The position numbers were made by a program, and so were the translations under genes. Below, one piece after another: positions 50,824 to 61,784 of a stretch of 64,000 bases of DNA (within the stretch, counting starts at the first letter, position 1; each line of letters opens with the position of its first letter). A model generated the notes under the pieces. That model saw nothing but the letters and a program-made list of their open reading frames with translations, made no database searches and was not told the origin of the DNA. Source of the DNA: Leptospira sp. (GTDB lineage Bacteria; Spirochaetota; Leptospiria; Leptospirales; Leptospiraceae); NCBI GenBank assembly GCA_034439575.1, contig JAWXAQ010000016.1, positions 288,001-352,000 of the forward strand. Direction: 5' to 3'.

Positions 50824-52536
50824 TTAAATTTTTAAGAAAAAAATATCCTGTAGTTTTTTTTGTGATTCATTTGGTTCATCGATAAAGGAAAGTTTTTTGT
50901 TTTTATAGCAAAATCCGACCTCTAACATAATTTCTTTGGTGTGTCCAAATCGAGAAATTAAAAAGTGAACCCTTTCTTTGGGTTGAAGCATTTTTTCAGC
51001 ACGATCAAACATTGATTTGTTGATCCGTTTTCCGTTCATCGCGATAAGTTCATCATCTAACTGTAAGTCGAATGAAGTTTCATCATCAGAAAATAGGATT
51101 TTATTAACATATAAATTCCCATTTTTCTCCTTAACTTTGAATTTCAGATCCGGTGAAATATCTGATTCAATTCTAAATAAGCCAATAGATTCAAGATAAT
51201 CATCAACCGGTATTTTGATAGGTTTAATTAGATATGGGTCAAATTCTGTTTTCAAATCTATTCCTGTAGCTTCTTTGGCTGTATCAAAAAATTCCTGTTT
51301 GGTGAATCCTCTATTCTTTTGAATATGATACTTTGTGTATAAGAGTTGCATGATATCACGAAAAGATTTATTTCCTTCAGACTTACGTAAAATATAAAGG
51401 ATCATACATAAAATTAAAACGGCACCTTTCGTATAATAAGAGACGGTCAAATTATGACTATTTCCATTTCTTTTATAGTATTTTGTCCAAGCCGTGAATG
51501 ATGAATCTTCTAAACTCATTAAATTTTCGGCAATTGTTTCATCCAAAGAAAAGATATCACTTTGTAGGCGAACGACAAACTCATCTTTAGATAAAAAGTT
51601 TGATTGATATAAAAAATATATATCGTAGAAACTTGTCGCTCCTTCAGCAATCCAAAGTTCCTTAGTTAAGTTGGGATTTTGATAATCAAACGGTCCAAGT
51701 GCAATAGGCCTTATCCGTTTAATATTCCAAAGGTGAAAGTATTCGTGCGATAAAAGTTCTAATAATTTCTTATATTCTTCCTCATCGTTAATAAGCTCAG
51801 GGCTAAAAAAATTTATACTACTCGCTTTGTGTTCTAAACCTCCATATGAAGGTTGAGATAAATTGACAACAAACAGATAATAATCGTTTGGTGAATTTCC
51901 CATCCATGAAATTTGTTTGCTGGTGATGATTTTTAAATCATTCGCCAGTTTCTCCTTAAAATTATAAGGGATATTTCCTTCGACGACCATTTCATGTTGG
52001 CAATTTTCCGTTTCAAAAAGGATTGAATTTTGATTTGATAAGTGAATGGGGGAATCATACAATTCATCGATATTAATTGCAAAGAATTCGTTTTCATTCG
52101 CTGTTTTTTTCAAAGAAGTATAAATATTGCTAAAAAACTCATTCACATCGAATTTAATTGTTATCTGTGTATCTAATTTATTTTCTAAATATAAGAATAA
52201 TGCGGGTGGATTTATAAATCCAAAATCTTTGACAAGATAATTTGTCCTTACCGTATAATCTTCAAAGGCATAGATTATATATCTGATTTTTATGTTAGGT
52301 GATTCATTTTTTATCTTCCATTTATGTAAATGAACCTGCTCCCAATTTAAGTCTTTCCCAGTGATCGAATCTTTAGCCGAGAATTGGTGCAAATGAGTTG
52401 AATAATCCCTAATCATATAAGAGCCCGGAGTCCAAGTGGGCATAAGGAGATTTGTATATTCACCTATGGCTTGTAAGTTTAGAGTGACTTCATAATAATG
52501 TTTGTGAATATCTAGGATCTGGACTGAGTAGTGCAA
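50824..52536 (-). CDS. M61 glycyl aminopeptidase with PDZ domain
   Basis: MPTWTPGSY, GGLEH, SHEYFHLWNIKRIRP, LWIAEG, SYYTKG, C-terminal PDZ-like region. Confidence 0.92.
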   Translation of the reverse strand: MHYSVQILDIHKHYYEVTLNLQAIGEYTNLLMPTWTPGSYMIRDYSTHLHQFSAKDSITGKDLNWEQVHLHKWKIKNESPNIKIRYIIYAFEDYTVRTNYLVKDFGFINPPALFLYLENKLDTQITIKFDVNEFFSNIYTSLKKTANENEFFAINIDELYDSPIHLSNQNSILFETENCQHEMVVEGNIPYNFKEKLANDLKIITSKQISWMGNSPNDYYLFVVNLSQPSYGGLEHKASSINFFSPELINDEEEYKKLLELLSHEYFHLWNIKRIRPIALGPFDYQNPNLTKELWIAEGATSFYDIYFLYQSNFLSKDEFVVRLQSDIFSLDETIAENLMSLEDSSFTAWTKYYKRNGNSHNLTVSYYTKGAVLILCMILYILRKSEGNKSFRDIMQLLYTKYHIQKNRGFTKQEFFDTAKEATGIDLKTEFDPYLIKPIKIPVDDYLESIGLFRIESDISPDLKFKVKEKNGNLYVNKILFSDDETSFDLQLDDELIAMNGKRINKSMFDRAEKMLQPKERVHFLISRFGHTKEIMLEVGFCYKNKKLSFIDEPNESQKKLQDIFFLKI

Positions 52537-52593
52537 TTTGGAACCTTATAATATAGAGTCTTTCTATTTTTCCCTTTTTTGCCAAATGTTTTC

Positions 52594-52622
52594 TTGACAC
52601 TATTTCAGCGCAGTACTAGAAA
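52594..52622 (+). promoter_or_regulatory. sigma70-like promoter pointing into the intergenic element
   Basis: TTGACA (52594-52599), 17 nt, TAGAAA (52617-52622). Confidence 0.6.
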
Positions 52623-52628
52623 AGGTTA

Positions 52629-52810
52629 GCTAAGGTATGAGCAAAGGAGGTGGTCCATTTGGATAGTAGTTGTTACAACACAAGATTTTTGACCCGCGAG
52701 GTGGCTGGGCAATAAGCCTTCCGCATTGTTGCAAAACCGACCAGTCGCAGTCTTCCCAAGTTTCGAATGTTGGTCACTTTCGAGCTTTTGCAGTCGCTTG
52801 GGAAGATTTC
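52629..52810 (+). ncRNA. Candidate structured small RNA / small-ORF mRNA with extended Shine-Dalgarno
   Basis: AAAGGAGGTGGTCCA (52643-52657) is complementary to the 16S 3' tail. Hairpins follow, including a perfect 10-bp stem 52751-52760/52797-52806. Confidence 0.5.
52659..52715 (+). CDS. Candidate 18-aa small protein MDSSCYNTRFLTREVAGQ
   Basis: TTG start 8 nt after AAAGGAGG; TAA stop. Below the ORF-track length cutoff. Confidence 0.4.
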   Translation: MDSSCYNTRFLTREVAGQ

Positions 52811-52825
52811 TCCTTACTCCTATTT

Positions 52826-54889
52826 TTATAGCACAAATTTTTGAAGTACTTCGCTTAACTTAGTACTGATATTTGTCATCCCATTCGAATTTTCATTCAT
52901 CACAGAAGATTGGTCAGAAAGTATTTGAGACCCATTCGAAATATTGATAGTCATATTTGACAATTCTTCAGTCGCCCGTTTCTGTTCTTCCGTTGACTGT
53001 TGTATGGCGATAATCAATTGAGAAATTTCGTTCATTTCACTAAATATTTCATCGGTTCTAAGTTTTTGGTCTTGGATCATTGGAATGATCTCTTTTGCTT
53101 TGTCAAAAATAATAGAGACTTCGGTTGTGATTTCACGCAAAACTTGTATTAGTTTACTTACTTGTTCACCACCTCTGTCTATTGAAGTCAAGGCTTCCTC
53201 GGATAAATTATTTATCTGAGAAACAGAGTCGGCAGCTTGTGCAGCAAGTTTAGAAATCTCTTCTGCCACAACGGCAAAACCTCGGCCGGATTCACCCGCA
53301 CGTGCGGCTTCGATAGCAGCGTTCAATGCCAAAAGACTAGTCCTTTCGGATATATTTGAGATCACATCTGAGAATTCAGTAATCATTTGAGACTTTTCTT
53401 GAATTTCAACTATGGCTTCCGAAGTTTTTGCCGCCATCGTTCTCCCTTCTTCTGCTTTTTGGTTGGCACCGACAGCGATGCGTCCGAAAGATTCTATTTC
53501 TTTAGTTACATTTTGTACTAAATCTTGAATTTTTGTCAAAGACCCATGGATTGATTTTGTATTTTGTACAGCTTGCGTGACATTACCGTTAATTGTTTCA
53601 CTTGAGGCATTTAATTGTTCGACGGTGGCACTTGCTTCTTCTGAAGAAGCCGCTTGAGACTGCGCCAAATCAGATAATTCAAATATAGATTTTTCCAATT
53701 GATTGGTAGACTTTGATAGCTCCCCACCTGACGTTTGTGCAACGGTCAATATTTGTTTGATGTTTTCAATCATTAATCCTAGAGAATTAACAAGATTGCC
53801 CATTTCATCATTTTTGGTATTGACAAGAGTTTGCGTAAGATCGCCTTTACTTGCACGTTCTGTGAACTTCAAAATTTCTTGGAGACGGATATCTACAAGC
53901 TTATGAAAGATAATATAATTTGCAATAATTGAAAATATAATCCCTGCGCCACCTAACAAAAGTGATAGCCAGAAAATAAATTGGATTTCTCCAGTGATTA
54001 AATGTAATGGATAAGAAATTCGGATGACCCAAGGTTTAGTGTCTTTAATCAAAGTTATCGATGAAGTTATGTGCAAGTAGTCTGAAGTAGAATAAATTTC
54101 ATTAGCGTTTTTTGCATTCAATACATCATTTATTTTATGATCCATTCCGTTTTCCCATTGGTTTGACTCTTTATCGCTATTAAATCCATTGAATAAAACA
54201 TATCCATTGCTCGCTATAATCGTGATTTTACATTCTCCATTGAATAATTTAACGTTTTGGAAATAACCTTGTATCGTCTCCAATGACAGGTCGGCTCCAG
54301 CGATCCCTACAAATTTATCATTTTGCAAAATAGGGTAAACAAGAGATACCATAGTAATTTCTTTTCCATCAACTTTATATTGAAAAGGTGGAATCAGTTC
54401 TACTTTTTTTGAAGTTTTGGGGATTTGATAAAAGTCAGATTCAGGTTTATCATAGTCTATCACTGGTTCTATGATGATGGAACCGTTTGATTTAACTGAA
54501 TAAGGAATAAATCTCCCCGTATTATCATGGTAAGTTGTATTTCTGAATTTAGCATCTAATCCATCATAGGCGTTTGGCTCAAAAACGAGATATGTACCGA
54601 GAATAGATTCGTTTGAAGCAGTCAAAACATTCATTAACTTCATTGCCCTGTTGCGATCTAAAATTTTCCCATCTTCCAAGAATTTTTTTAACAAATAAGC
54701 TTCTGTCAGTGGGGTTGAAATATAAGAGACAATATCAAGTTTAATTTTTTCGGAAAGTAGGTTGAGATTTTCTATCGTATCCGATTTTGTTTTATTATAT
54801 ATAACTATGGAAATGATGATAAGAATGATACCGAGAGTTAAAAGATTTATAAATGAAGTACCTACAGCTAATCTTTGTTTGATAGTCAT
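52826..54889 (-). CDS. Methyl-accepting chemotaxis protein (Cache, HAMP)
   Basis: Two TMs, Cache-like [43 protein letters not shown]. Confidence 0.95.
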   Translation of the reverse strand: MTIKQRLAVGTSFINLLTLGIILIIISIVIYNKTKSDTIENLNLLSEKIKLDIVSYISTPLTEAYLLKKFLEDGKILDRNRAMKLMNVLTASNESILGTYLVFEPNAYDGLDAKFRNTTYHDNTGRFIPYSVKSNGSIIIEPVIDYDKPESDFYQIPKTSKKVELIPPFQYKVDGKEITMVSLVYPILQNDKFVGIAGADLSLETIQGYFQNVKLFNGECKITIIASNGYVLFNGFNSDKESNQWENGMDHKINDVLNAKNANEIYSTSDYLHITSSITLIKDTKPWVIRISYPLHLITGEIQFIFWLSLLLGGAGIIFSIIANYIIFHKLVDIRLQEILKFTERASKGDLTQTLVNTKNDEMGNLVNSLGLMIENIKQILTVAQTSGGELSKSTNQLEKSIFELSDLAQSQAASSEEASATVEQLNASSETINGNVTQAVQNTKSIHGSLTKIQDLVQNVTKEIESFGRIAVGANQKAEEGRTMAAKTSEAIVEIQEKSQMITEFSDVISNISERTSLLALNAAIEAARAGESGRGFAVVAEEISKLAAQAADSVSQINNLSEEALTSIDRGGEQVSKLIQVLREITTEVSIIFDKAKEIIPMIQDQKLRTDEIFSEMNEISQLIIAIQQSTEEQKRATEELSNMTINISNGSQILSDQSSVMNENSNGMTNISTKLSEVLQKFVL

Positions 54890-54956
54890 CGAAGCTAATT
54901 CTCCTTTAGCAGAAAAGTATAAATAGAATCATTTTAAATAGCAAGGAAAATGAGAC

Positions 54957-55307
54957 TTAGATACTTTCTTGTATCGGATTTGGATAAGTACTAATCCCGA
55001 TTTTATTACCTTCTGGATCAGAAAAATAGTAGGTAAAATTTGTTTTTTCTATTACCGCTACCGTTTTTAGAAACGCCTTCCAAATTAAAAAATCTGTTTT
55101 TATTAAACCAAAAACAAGGGCACGGGGTGCTTGTGGTTCCCCGTCTTCAAGCATCAATATCCAATCAGGAAAATGGATCCAAATCGACCTAAGAGTTCCA
55201 TCTTTTTCCTGAAAAGTTTCATTCATTTTTTTTGCATTGGGAATTTTTAAATAAAATTCCGCAAGTTCGGCTACATTCTTAGTTCCAATTGCGATATGGT
55301 GTATCAT
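54957..55307 (-). CDS. VOC/glyoxalase family protein
   Basis: IHHIAI...FY and YFSDPEGNKI motifs. Confidence 0.8.
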   Translation of the reverse strand: MIHHIAIGTKNVAELAEFYLKIPNAKKMNETFQEKDGTLRSIWIHFPDWILMLEDGEPQAPRALVFGLIKTDFLIWKAFLKTVAVIEKTNFTYYFSDPEGNKIGISTYPNPIQESI

Positions 55308-55372
55308 TTTTTACTTTTCAAAAGGCTTTCCCAAACAGATAGTAACATGAAATAAAACCCTCGGAGTTTTTC

Positions 55373-55651
55373 ATGAAAAAAACACTCGTAATGGCGCTCT
55401 TTTTGAGCTTGGCTTTCACAAATTGTAAATCAAAAGTTTATACTCAGGAAGAATGTGATGCAGCACTTTCATCTGCATTCGTTGCGATTGAAGAAGAAGC
55501 TAAAAAGAACCCACAAGCGGCTCCTCTTCTTGCAGGTCTACAACAAGGAAAATCCAAAATGGTAGAGCAGTGTATGGAAGGAAAATTTGATCCAAATTGC
55601 TTAAAAAATGCTCCTGGCATCACAGGCATTATGGGTTGTGTAAAGAAATAA
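55373..55651 (+). CDS. Small Cys-containing lipoprotein (Leptospira type)
   Basis: GGAG SD, lipobox AFTNC, four additional Cys. Confidence 0.8.
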   Translation: MKKTLVMALFLSLAFTNCKSKVYTQEECDAALSSAFVAIEEEAKKNPQAAPLLAGLQQGKSKMVEQCMEGKFDPNCLKNAPGITGIMGCVKK

Positions 55652-55668
55652 CGATCCGTTATATCACA

Positions 55669-55698
55669 GACCCCCCGATCTTTTGGGGGGTCATTTTT
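55669..55698 (+). terminator. Rho-independent terminator between convergent genes
   Basis: GACCCCCC-8 nt-GGGGGGTC stem followed by ATTTTT. Confidence 0.8.
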
Positions 55699-55978
55699 CC
55701 TTTTCTAATTCTATAAAACCATCCGGTTCTAAATAACACCCATGCAATCTGTAAGGGCCTGATTCATAAAAATAAATTTTTTGAGCATATTGTTTCCCCT
55801 CCCACAAACAACGTTTACATATAAAGGGTAATATTGCCCAATCTTCACATTCTTCTGGTCGAAAGGCAGGCCAAACGCGTAACAATGGTTTGGAGATCTC
55901 TTCTTCTTTGCTATCAATTGAATTCATAGAAATTAGAAACAAAACGACAAATACGAATTGCACTAGTATCTTCAACAT
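55691..55978 (-). CDS. Small secreted Cys-containing hypothetical protein
   Basis: Signal-like N-terminus; CEDW, CKRC and GCY. Confidence 0.6.
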   Translation of the reverse strand: MLKILVQFVFVVLFLISMNSIDSKEEEISKPLLRVWPAFRPEECEDWAILPFICKRCLWEGKQYAQKIYFYESGPYRLHGCYLEPDGFIELEKEK

Positions 55979-56022
55979 CTAATTAAAGTATCGGAGAATC
56001 ACTCAATTTTAAACATGGGTTT

Positions 56023-56952
56023 ATGCCTGAAATAGTTAAGGATCATAAGCAAGAATTGAATGGTGCCATTCTCGTACTTATCGGTGCGATCCTCTTTTCT
56101 GCAAAGGCCGTCGTTGTTAAGTTAACGTACCAATTTCCCTTGGGCGCCTTAACATCTCTATTTTTCCGCATGTTCTTTGCGTTTCCATTTTTATTATGGA
56201 TCGCTTACCGAGAAGAAAAGAAAGAAGGCACGGTCAGAATTACAAAATCAGAGTGGGTATCAGTCATACTCATGGGTATTGTAGGATACTATCTTGCCAG
56301 TCTCTTTGATTTTATCGGATTACAATACATTACAGCAGGCCTGGAACGTATTATTTTATTTGTATACCCAACTCTCGTTGTTTTACTTTCCTTTTTGTTT
56401 TTAAAAACAAAAATTCATGCGCGTGAAATGTTTTCTCTGCTATTGACTTACACAGGTGTCGGGATTGCATACAGCCAGGATTTAAAGATTAGTGATGCGA
56501 AAGATGTTACTTTAGGTGCATTTTTCATTTTGTTATCAGCTTTGACATACGCTATATACCTAATGGGAAGTGGAAAGATCATACCTAAGTTAGGTGCCCA
56601 AAGATATACGGCCTATGCGCTCACTATTTCTTCTATCGTTGTATTCCTTCATTTTTTATTTTTTGGGAATTGGAAAGAACTCCATCAACCACTAGAATTC
56701 TATGCATTGGCCTTTTTTATGGGAACAATGAACACAGTTCTGCCTGCAATTTTTGTTTCGGAAGGGATCAAACGAGTAGGTTCCAAAGCTGCCGCGATCA
56801 TTGGATCTGTCGGGCCTATGTCAACATTGTTTCTAGCGTATTGGTTTCTTGGCGAAACAATTACATTATTACACATATTTGGCACGATTTTCGTACTTTC
56901 TGGCGTTTTTTTAATTAGCCAGAAAAAAAAACCAAACGCCGAAGTTACTTAG
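56023..56952 (+). CDS. EamA/DMT family transporter
   Basis: About 10 TMs; FSAKAVVVK, GLQYITAGLER, LGETIT. Confidence 0.9.
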   Translation: MPEIVKDHKQELNGAILVLIGAILFSAKAVVVKLTYQFPLGALTSLFFRMFFAFPFLLWIAYREEKKEGTVRITKSEWVSVILMGIVGYYLASLFDFIGLQYITAGLERIILFVYPTLVVLLSFLFLKTKIHAREMFSLLLTYTGVGIAYSQDLKISDAKDVTLGAFFILLSALTYAIYLMGSGKIIPKLGAQRYTAYALTISSIVVFLHFLFFGNWKELHQPLEFYALAFFMGTMNTVLPAIFVSEGIKRVGSKAAAIIGSVGPMSTLFLAYWFLGETITLLHIFGTIFVLSGVFLISQKKKPNAEVT

Positions 56953-57006
56953 GAGAGAATTTTTTCTTTCAATTGTTTAAAAGGTTGGAACATTGAAGGG
57001 GAAATT

Positions 57007-58134
57007 ATGAAAAAATCATTAGGCCTGTTTTTATTGCTGGGTACCCTCATTTTGTCAAATGATCCCCTACAAGCACAGTTCACTTGTACGGGCCAAGCCT
57101 GTGGATTTCTCCCAAGTAACCTCACTGATTCTCTCAATACATCATATGTGCGTTTGCAATCTGACTATTTAAACCAAGTTTTAAAAACCAACACGGAAGC
57201 GGGCTTCCTCGCAAATATTGGAACTAGTAACATTGGAACGGGAACTGTTAGGCGTATCCAAATTGGTGCCAGTGCCTCTGCCGCTGGTTACAAAAAGGAT
57301 GATATCATCATTGAAGAACCAGGCTTTAAACTTCCGAAGCTACCGAATGTTGGTGGTGCCGTTATCCCCAATATCAATGTAGATTTCAATCCTGGCTGGC
57401 TTCTCGGTTTTGATAGTCGTCATTGGTCTCGTCGTTTTGCTGTTTACTTGCATGGTATGGATATGGTAGTTTCCAACAAACAATTGCAAGGTTTATCGAA
57501 TAACAAGAATTATGAGGGAAGGATTACCATCAAAAGTTATGGTGGTATGCTCCGTTATCAAGTCATTGAAAAAAAAGGATTCCTTATGAATCTTTTTACT
57601 TGGGATGGAATCAACGTGGGTGCAGGACATCACGTCATGGAAGAAAATTTTAATTTTAAATATTTAGAAGGAAAAGCCGCATCCATCGAATCAAATGGGG
57701 TCACTGCCAAATGGGGTGGTGATACAAATTTTTACTACAACACGAAAGTTCGCACAACTAACGTAGATGTTCGAACAGGCATTGGTCTATTTTGGATTGC
57801 GAATTTAATTGTTGGGGGTGGTTACAGTTGGAATAGTGGAGATAGTTCGATGGCTCTGTCCAGAAGTGGCCCATTACTCATTCAAACTTCAGCAGCATCT
57901 ACAATTGAAATTCCACGCGAGTACCAATCCCAAATCGATCCCGCTCTACTTGCAGCAAGTCCTTCTGGTACATTGGGACTTTCATTGAATGGAAATGCCA
58001 ATTCCAAAAGAAACATCGGATATGGAATAGCTGGTTTAGAACTAGATATCTATGTAATCAAATTGATCTTTGAAGGATTGTATGGAGGAAAGGATCTTTA
58101 TTCAGCCAACTTAGGGGTTCGAGCTTCCTTTTAA
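57007..58134 (+). CDS. Lsa36-like Leptospira surface/outer-membrane protein
   Basis: Signal peptide, N-terminal CTGQAC, beta-rich body, C-terminal LGVRASF. Confidence 0.65.
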   Translation: MKKSLGLFLLLGTLILSNDPLQAQFTCTGQACGFLPSNLTDSLNTSYVRLQSDYLNQVLKTNTEAGFLANIGTSNIGTGTVRRIQIGASASAAGYKKDDIIIEEPGFKLPKLPNVGGAVIPNINVDFNPGWLLGFDSRHWSRRFAVYLHGMDMVVSNKQLQGLSNNKNYEGRITIKSYGGMLRYQVIEKKGFLMNLFTWDGINVGAGHHVMEENFNFKYLEGKAASIESNGVTAKWGGDTNFYYNTKVRTTNVDVRTGIGLFWIANLIVGGGYSWNSGDSSMALSRSGPLLIQTSAASTIEIPREYQSQIDPALLAASPSGTLGLSLNGNANSKRNIGYGIAGLELDIYVIKLIFEGLYGGKDLYSANLGVRASF

Positions 58135-58152
58135 AAAGTTGCCATTTCGTTG

Positions 58153-58181
58153 AATTGACCCAAATTGACCATTGGGTCAAT
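58153..58181. promoter_or_regulatory. Operator-like nested palindrome immediately upstream of the MCP start
   Basis: ATTGACCCAA (58154-58163) / TTGGGTCAAT (58172-58181) perfect inverted repeat. Nested ATTGACC-ATTG-GGTCAAT. AATTGACC occurs twice at a 10-bp period. Confidence 0.6.
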
Positions 58182-58184
58182 GCA

Positions 58185-60722
58185 ATGAATTTATTTAAAC
58201 GCTATAATCGACAAGTTCTTATTTCCTCAATTGGATTTTCCATGGGGGTAGTAGTTCCGTTAGGTTCCCTTTTCATATATTTTTTGATTAAACCTGAAGG
58301 GGACTTACTTAGAGTCTTTTTTTTGACACTAATTACTGCCGCGGTAGTAGTTCAGATTTTTCCTATTATTTTTATGTCAAGACTTTTAAAGGGAGTTAAA
58401 GATTACCTAATCTCTTTGGAAAGTGGTGCGATTGTAAATGACGATGATTATTTAAATGCATGGAATTCTGTTTCCAAAATGCCTATCGCTATGGCAGTTA
58501 TGGGTGCTGTGCAATGGGCTATTGCAGGATTCATTATCGTGATTCCATTTGCGATGCATTCGGAATCGACAAAAACGCAAACCTTTTTCTTAGAAAATAC
58601 ATTAATATTTTTAGCTCTTCTCAACATCATTCTTTCTTTTCTCTTTATGGAAAGAACATCCAGTTTTTTGCTTAAAGAAAATGCATTTGAACGGGAGTTA
58701 GATGATTCAAAAAATCCTTTTTACCGTCGATTGAGTGTATCTATTCCGATTATGATTTCATTGCTCATTGTACTTATGAGTGATGTTTATTTAATGATTT
58801 CATTCAAAATAAATTCAAACTCCCTAGAAAAAGCTTATTCAAATCAGTTGTATAATTTTAATATCAGTAATGAAACCGCCATGACCGTGTTATTCGAAGG
58901 CGTAGAAACGGCGATCAATGATACTTCAAAAAGAACTGATATCCTCGAAGCCTTTCAAACTAAAAAATATAATATAATCACACCCGTATTGCGTAATATT
59001 TATGAAAACCCTTCCTTGTTTTTAGAAAATACATTTATAGCTAGTCTGGATGACGGTTATCCTATAGTGGTCTCTGGTTTGTCTAATGGTTCGAGTTTAG
59101 GATTTCGTCTAGATTCAAATCCTGTGTTAAAAGAAAATATTTCAAAAGCATTGGAAGGAAAAGTTCACTTTGGGATGGCTGAGATGTCACCTATCACAAA
59201 GAAAGTGGTCATTATGGTCAGCGCACCATTGATTGTTGATGGTAAAGTTATTGGTATTATAGGATTTCCAGTAAGAATTGGCGATGCCCTTGGAAATTTA
59301 TTAAAAAGTATAAAAATTGGACAAACAGGTTATTCGTTTATGTTGGACCGCGAATCTCAAATGGTTTGGCATCCAAATCCAAAGTACATTTTGGCAAAAT
59401 TTAAAGATTCAGAATTTGAAAAATTAGCAATCGATGCAGGTGATATAAATTCATTTGTAAATCCTTGGGAAGGTTCAAAATTCCTACTTCGAAAAAAGAC
59501 GAGCAAAGTTTTTGGATACCAATTTTTTTCCACTATAGATCTCGCTGAAATTGAAAATGAATGTTATGAGTCATTGGATGGACTCATGTATTTAAGTTTA
59601 GGTGGTGCTTTTATAATTGCACTATCTACTTTTTTAATATTTTATTTTAGATTCCAACCTATTAAAAATATTGAAGCTATACTTTTGAAGATGGGAGCAG
59701 GGAACCTAACAGAAAAAGTTGCGATTGTTTCTTCGGATGAATTTGGAAAATTAGCCCAAGGATTAAATAAATCACTAAACCAAGTTTCTGAAGTTGTTTC
59801 TTCTAACCAATCCATATCAGACGATATGGCCGCCGCTTCAGAAGAGATGTCTGTTTCCTTAAATAGTCTATCTGCCAATTCACAAACACAAGCTGCTTCC
59901 GCCGAAGAAATTTCTGCATCCATAGAAGAGATATCAGCTGCTGTTGAATCAGTGGATGGCCAAGCAGAATCTCAATTCAAAAAAGCAGATTTTTTGAAAC
60001 AACAGATGCAAGAACTTACAAATGAAATTCAAATGACGGGAAGTGAAGTGACAAAGGCTACTATTGAATTCAATAAAATCACTTCCGAAGCTAAACGAGG
60101 CCAAACCTCTCTTGATCAAATGCAAAGTTCGATTTCCAAAATTGGCGAGAGTTCTGAGCAAATAGGTAGTGTCATTGAAATTATCAATACCATCTCTGAA
60201 CAAATCAACTTACTTGCATTAAATGCCGCCATTGAAGCCGCCCGCGCTGGTGTTTATGGGCGAGGTTTTGCTGTTGTGGCTGACGAAATCGGAAAACTTG
60301 CTATCAAAACTGCAAACTCCATCAAAGATATTAGCGAACTCATTGATGCAAATAATGATGAAATTTCGAAAGGAACTACCATCATTGAATCCACGATCAA
60401 TTTGATTCAAAATATCATTATGGGTGTAGCATCCTTCCAAAAGGTGACGGAATCCATCCAACAGAGTACCAAACGCCAATTGGACAGAAATGAAAAGGTC
60501 GTACATGAAGTAGAAGGTGTGAACGAAATTTCCAAAATGATTCGGATGTCGATGGAAGAACAGAAAAATGCCATTGGCGAAGTGGCCATTGCCATTTTCA
60601 ATATCAATGATCTGACCCAAGCCAATGCGGCAGGTCTTGAGGAAATGACGGCTTCTTCTACTGGGATTGCCAATTTGGCAGAAAATCTCCGTAGGAAGAT
60701 AAATTTCTTTCAAATCAAATAA
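58185..60722 (+). CDS. Methyl-accepting chemotaxis protein with multi-TM N-terminus, dCache and HAMP
   Basis: Several N-terminal TMs, [10 protein letters not shown]...HP Cache motif, [26 protein letters not shown]. Start taken at ATG 58185. Confidence 0.93.
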   Translation: MNLFKRYNRQVLISSIGFSMGVVVPLGSLFIYFLIKPEGDLLRVFFLTLITAAVVVQIFPIIFMSRLLKGVKDYLISLESGAIVNDDDYLNAWNSVSKMPIAMAVMGAVQWAIAGFIIVIPFAMHSESTKTQTFFLENTLIFLALLNIILSFLFMERTSSFLLKENAFERELDDSKNPFYRRLSVSIPIMISLLIVLMSDVYLMISFKINSNSLEKAYSNQLYNFNISNETAMTVLFEGVETAINDTSKRTDILEAFQTKKYNIITPVLRNIYENPSLFLENTFIASLDDGYPIVVSGLSNGSSLGFRLDSNPVLKENISKALEGKVHFGMAEMSPITKKVVIMVSAPLIVDGKVIGIIGFPVRIGDALGNLLKSIKIGQTGYSFMLDRESQMVWHPNPKYILAKFKDSEFEKLAIDAGDINSFVNPWEGSKFLLRKKTSKVFGYQFFSTIDLAEIENECYESLDGLMYLSLGGAFIIALSTFLIFYFRFQPIKNIEAILLKMGAGNLTEKVAIVSSDEFGKLAQGLNKSLNQVSEVVSSNQSISDDMAAASEEMSVSLNSLSANSQTQAASAEEISASIEEISAAVESVDGQAESQFKKADFLKQQMQELTNEIQMTGSEVTKATIEFNKITSEAKRGQTSLDQMQSSISKIGESSEQIGSVIEIINTISEQINLLALNAAIEAARAGVYGRGFAVVADEIGKLAIKTANSIKDISELIDANNDEISKGTTIIESTINLIQNIIMGVASFQKVTESIQQSTKRQLDRNEKVVHEVEGVNEISKMIRMSMEEQKNAIGEVAIAIFNINDLTQANAAGLEEMTASSTGIANLAENLRRKINFFQIK

Positions 60723-60741
60723 AGATTCGCTTGCCAAAAAG

Positions 60742-60767
60742 TAGATATCAAGATTTCTTGATATCTA
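60742..60767. promoter_or_regulatory. SahR-type operator palindrome
   Basis: TAGATATCAAGA-TT-TCTTGATATCTA, a perfect 12-bp inverted repeat ending 12 nt upstream of the ArsR-methyltransferase gene. Confidence 0.8.
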
Positions 60768-60779
60768 GATATCCTGCTT

Positions 60780-61784
60780 ATGACAACGAAATTAGCTCCG
60801 AATCCACAAACCAATGCGAAATTGTTATTATCTGCTTTGAAGGCAGTTTCAGATGAAACTCGCATTCGCATCCTTCATATCTTAACTTTTGGTGCATTTT
60901 CGGTAAATGAAGTCGTAGAAGTCCTCGGTATGGGGCAATCTAGGATTTCTCGGCATTTAAAAATCCTCACGGAAGCAGGGCTCATCCACAACCGAAGAGA
61001 AGGATCGCTCGTGTATTCTTTTTTGCGGGAACCGAGTGGAAAGGTCGAAGGCGATGGGTCTTCCTTTTTTAGCGAACTCACCGATTTAATATTATCATAT
61101 AAAGAAGATTTACCATTCCGAGAAAAAGACCAAAAGATGGTCAGCATCATCTTGGAGAGTCGAGAGAAAAAATCAAAAGGGTTTTTTGATCGAGTCGCAA
61201 AAGATTGGGAAAAATTACAAGAAGAGATCCTTCATCCAAAAGTGTATCGTTCTTGGATTTTGGAAAACTTACCAACTCATTTAGAATCCATCGTTGACCT
61301 TGGTTGTGGTCCTGGTGGATTGATTCCTTATTTGCTGCCAAAAGCAAAACAAGTGTTAGGCATTGATTCTTCATCGAAAATGATAGAAGCAGCAGAATCA
61401 ACATTTGGAAAAAATGCTAGTGTCAAATTTTTAACAGCACAATTGGAAGCTTTGCCTCTCGCCGAACATTCTACAGACGCCATCATAAGTAGTATGGTAC
61501 TGCATCATATTTCTCACCCTCCTGCTGTTTTGGAAGAGGCTTCACGCATTTTAAAACCGGATGGTGTATTTTGTATTGTTGATCTAGTCAAACACAACCA
61601 AGAAATGATGAGAGATAACTTTGCTGATTTATGGCTTGGTTTTGAACCTGAATTGCTTGAGTCATGGTTATCTAACTCAGGTTTTGTGATCGAATCATTA
61701 AGCGAAATTCAAACGGACTCTATATTTAAAATTTTAACAATCAAAGCAAGAAAAAAAGGAGGACATTATGTCCACAGCAACTAG
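60780..61784 (+). CDS. sahR: ArsR-HTH + SAM-methyltransferase-fold regulator (SahR-like)
   Basis: [29 protein letters not shown] (ArsR); [19 protein letters not shown]. Overlaps ahcY. Confidence 0.82.
   Translation: MTTKLAPNPQTNAKLLLSALKAVSDETRIRILHILTFGAFSVNEVVEVLGMGQSRISRHLKILTEAGLIHNRREGSLVYSFLREPSGKVEGDGSSFFSELTDLILSYKEDLPFREKDQKMVSIILESREKKSKGFFDRVAKDWEKLQEEILHPKVYRSWILENLPTHLESIVDLGCGPGGLIPYLLPKAKQVLGIDSSSKMIEAAESTFGKNASVKFLTAQLEALPLAEHSTDAIISSMVLHHISHPPAVLEEASRILKPDGVFCIVDLVKHNQEMMRDNFADLWLGFEPELLESWLSNSGFVIESLSEIQTDSIFKILTIKARKKGGHYVHSN

Noticed and set aside
52643-52657. 16S rRNA gene fragment on the minus strand
   Set aside because: The match is limited to the 15-nt tail with one substitution, and the flanks do not continue as 16S or ITS sequence. 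It is better explained as an extended SD.
52730-52810. c-di-GMP-I (GEMM) riboswitch on the minus strand (GCAAAA..GAAA)
   Set aside because: It lacks the GGCAAAC...GAAA...GACGCAAAGC architecture; the resemblance is superficial.
60219-60737. 172-aa minus-strand ORF and other short antisense or nested ORFs in the track (e.g. 35299-35643, 39285-39647, 63493-63783)
   Set aside because: Shadow ORFs opposite well-supported genes (MCP, SDR, helicase, metH), with no motifs or RBS.
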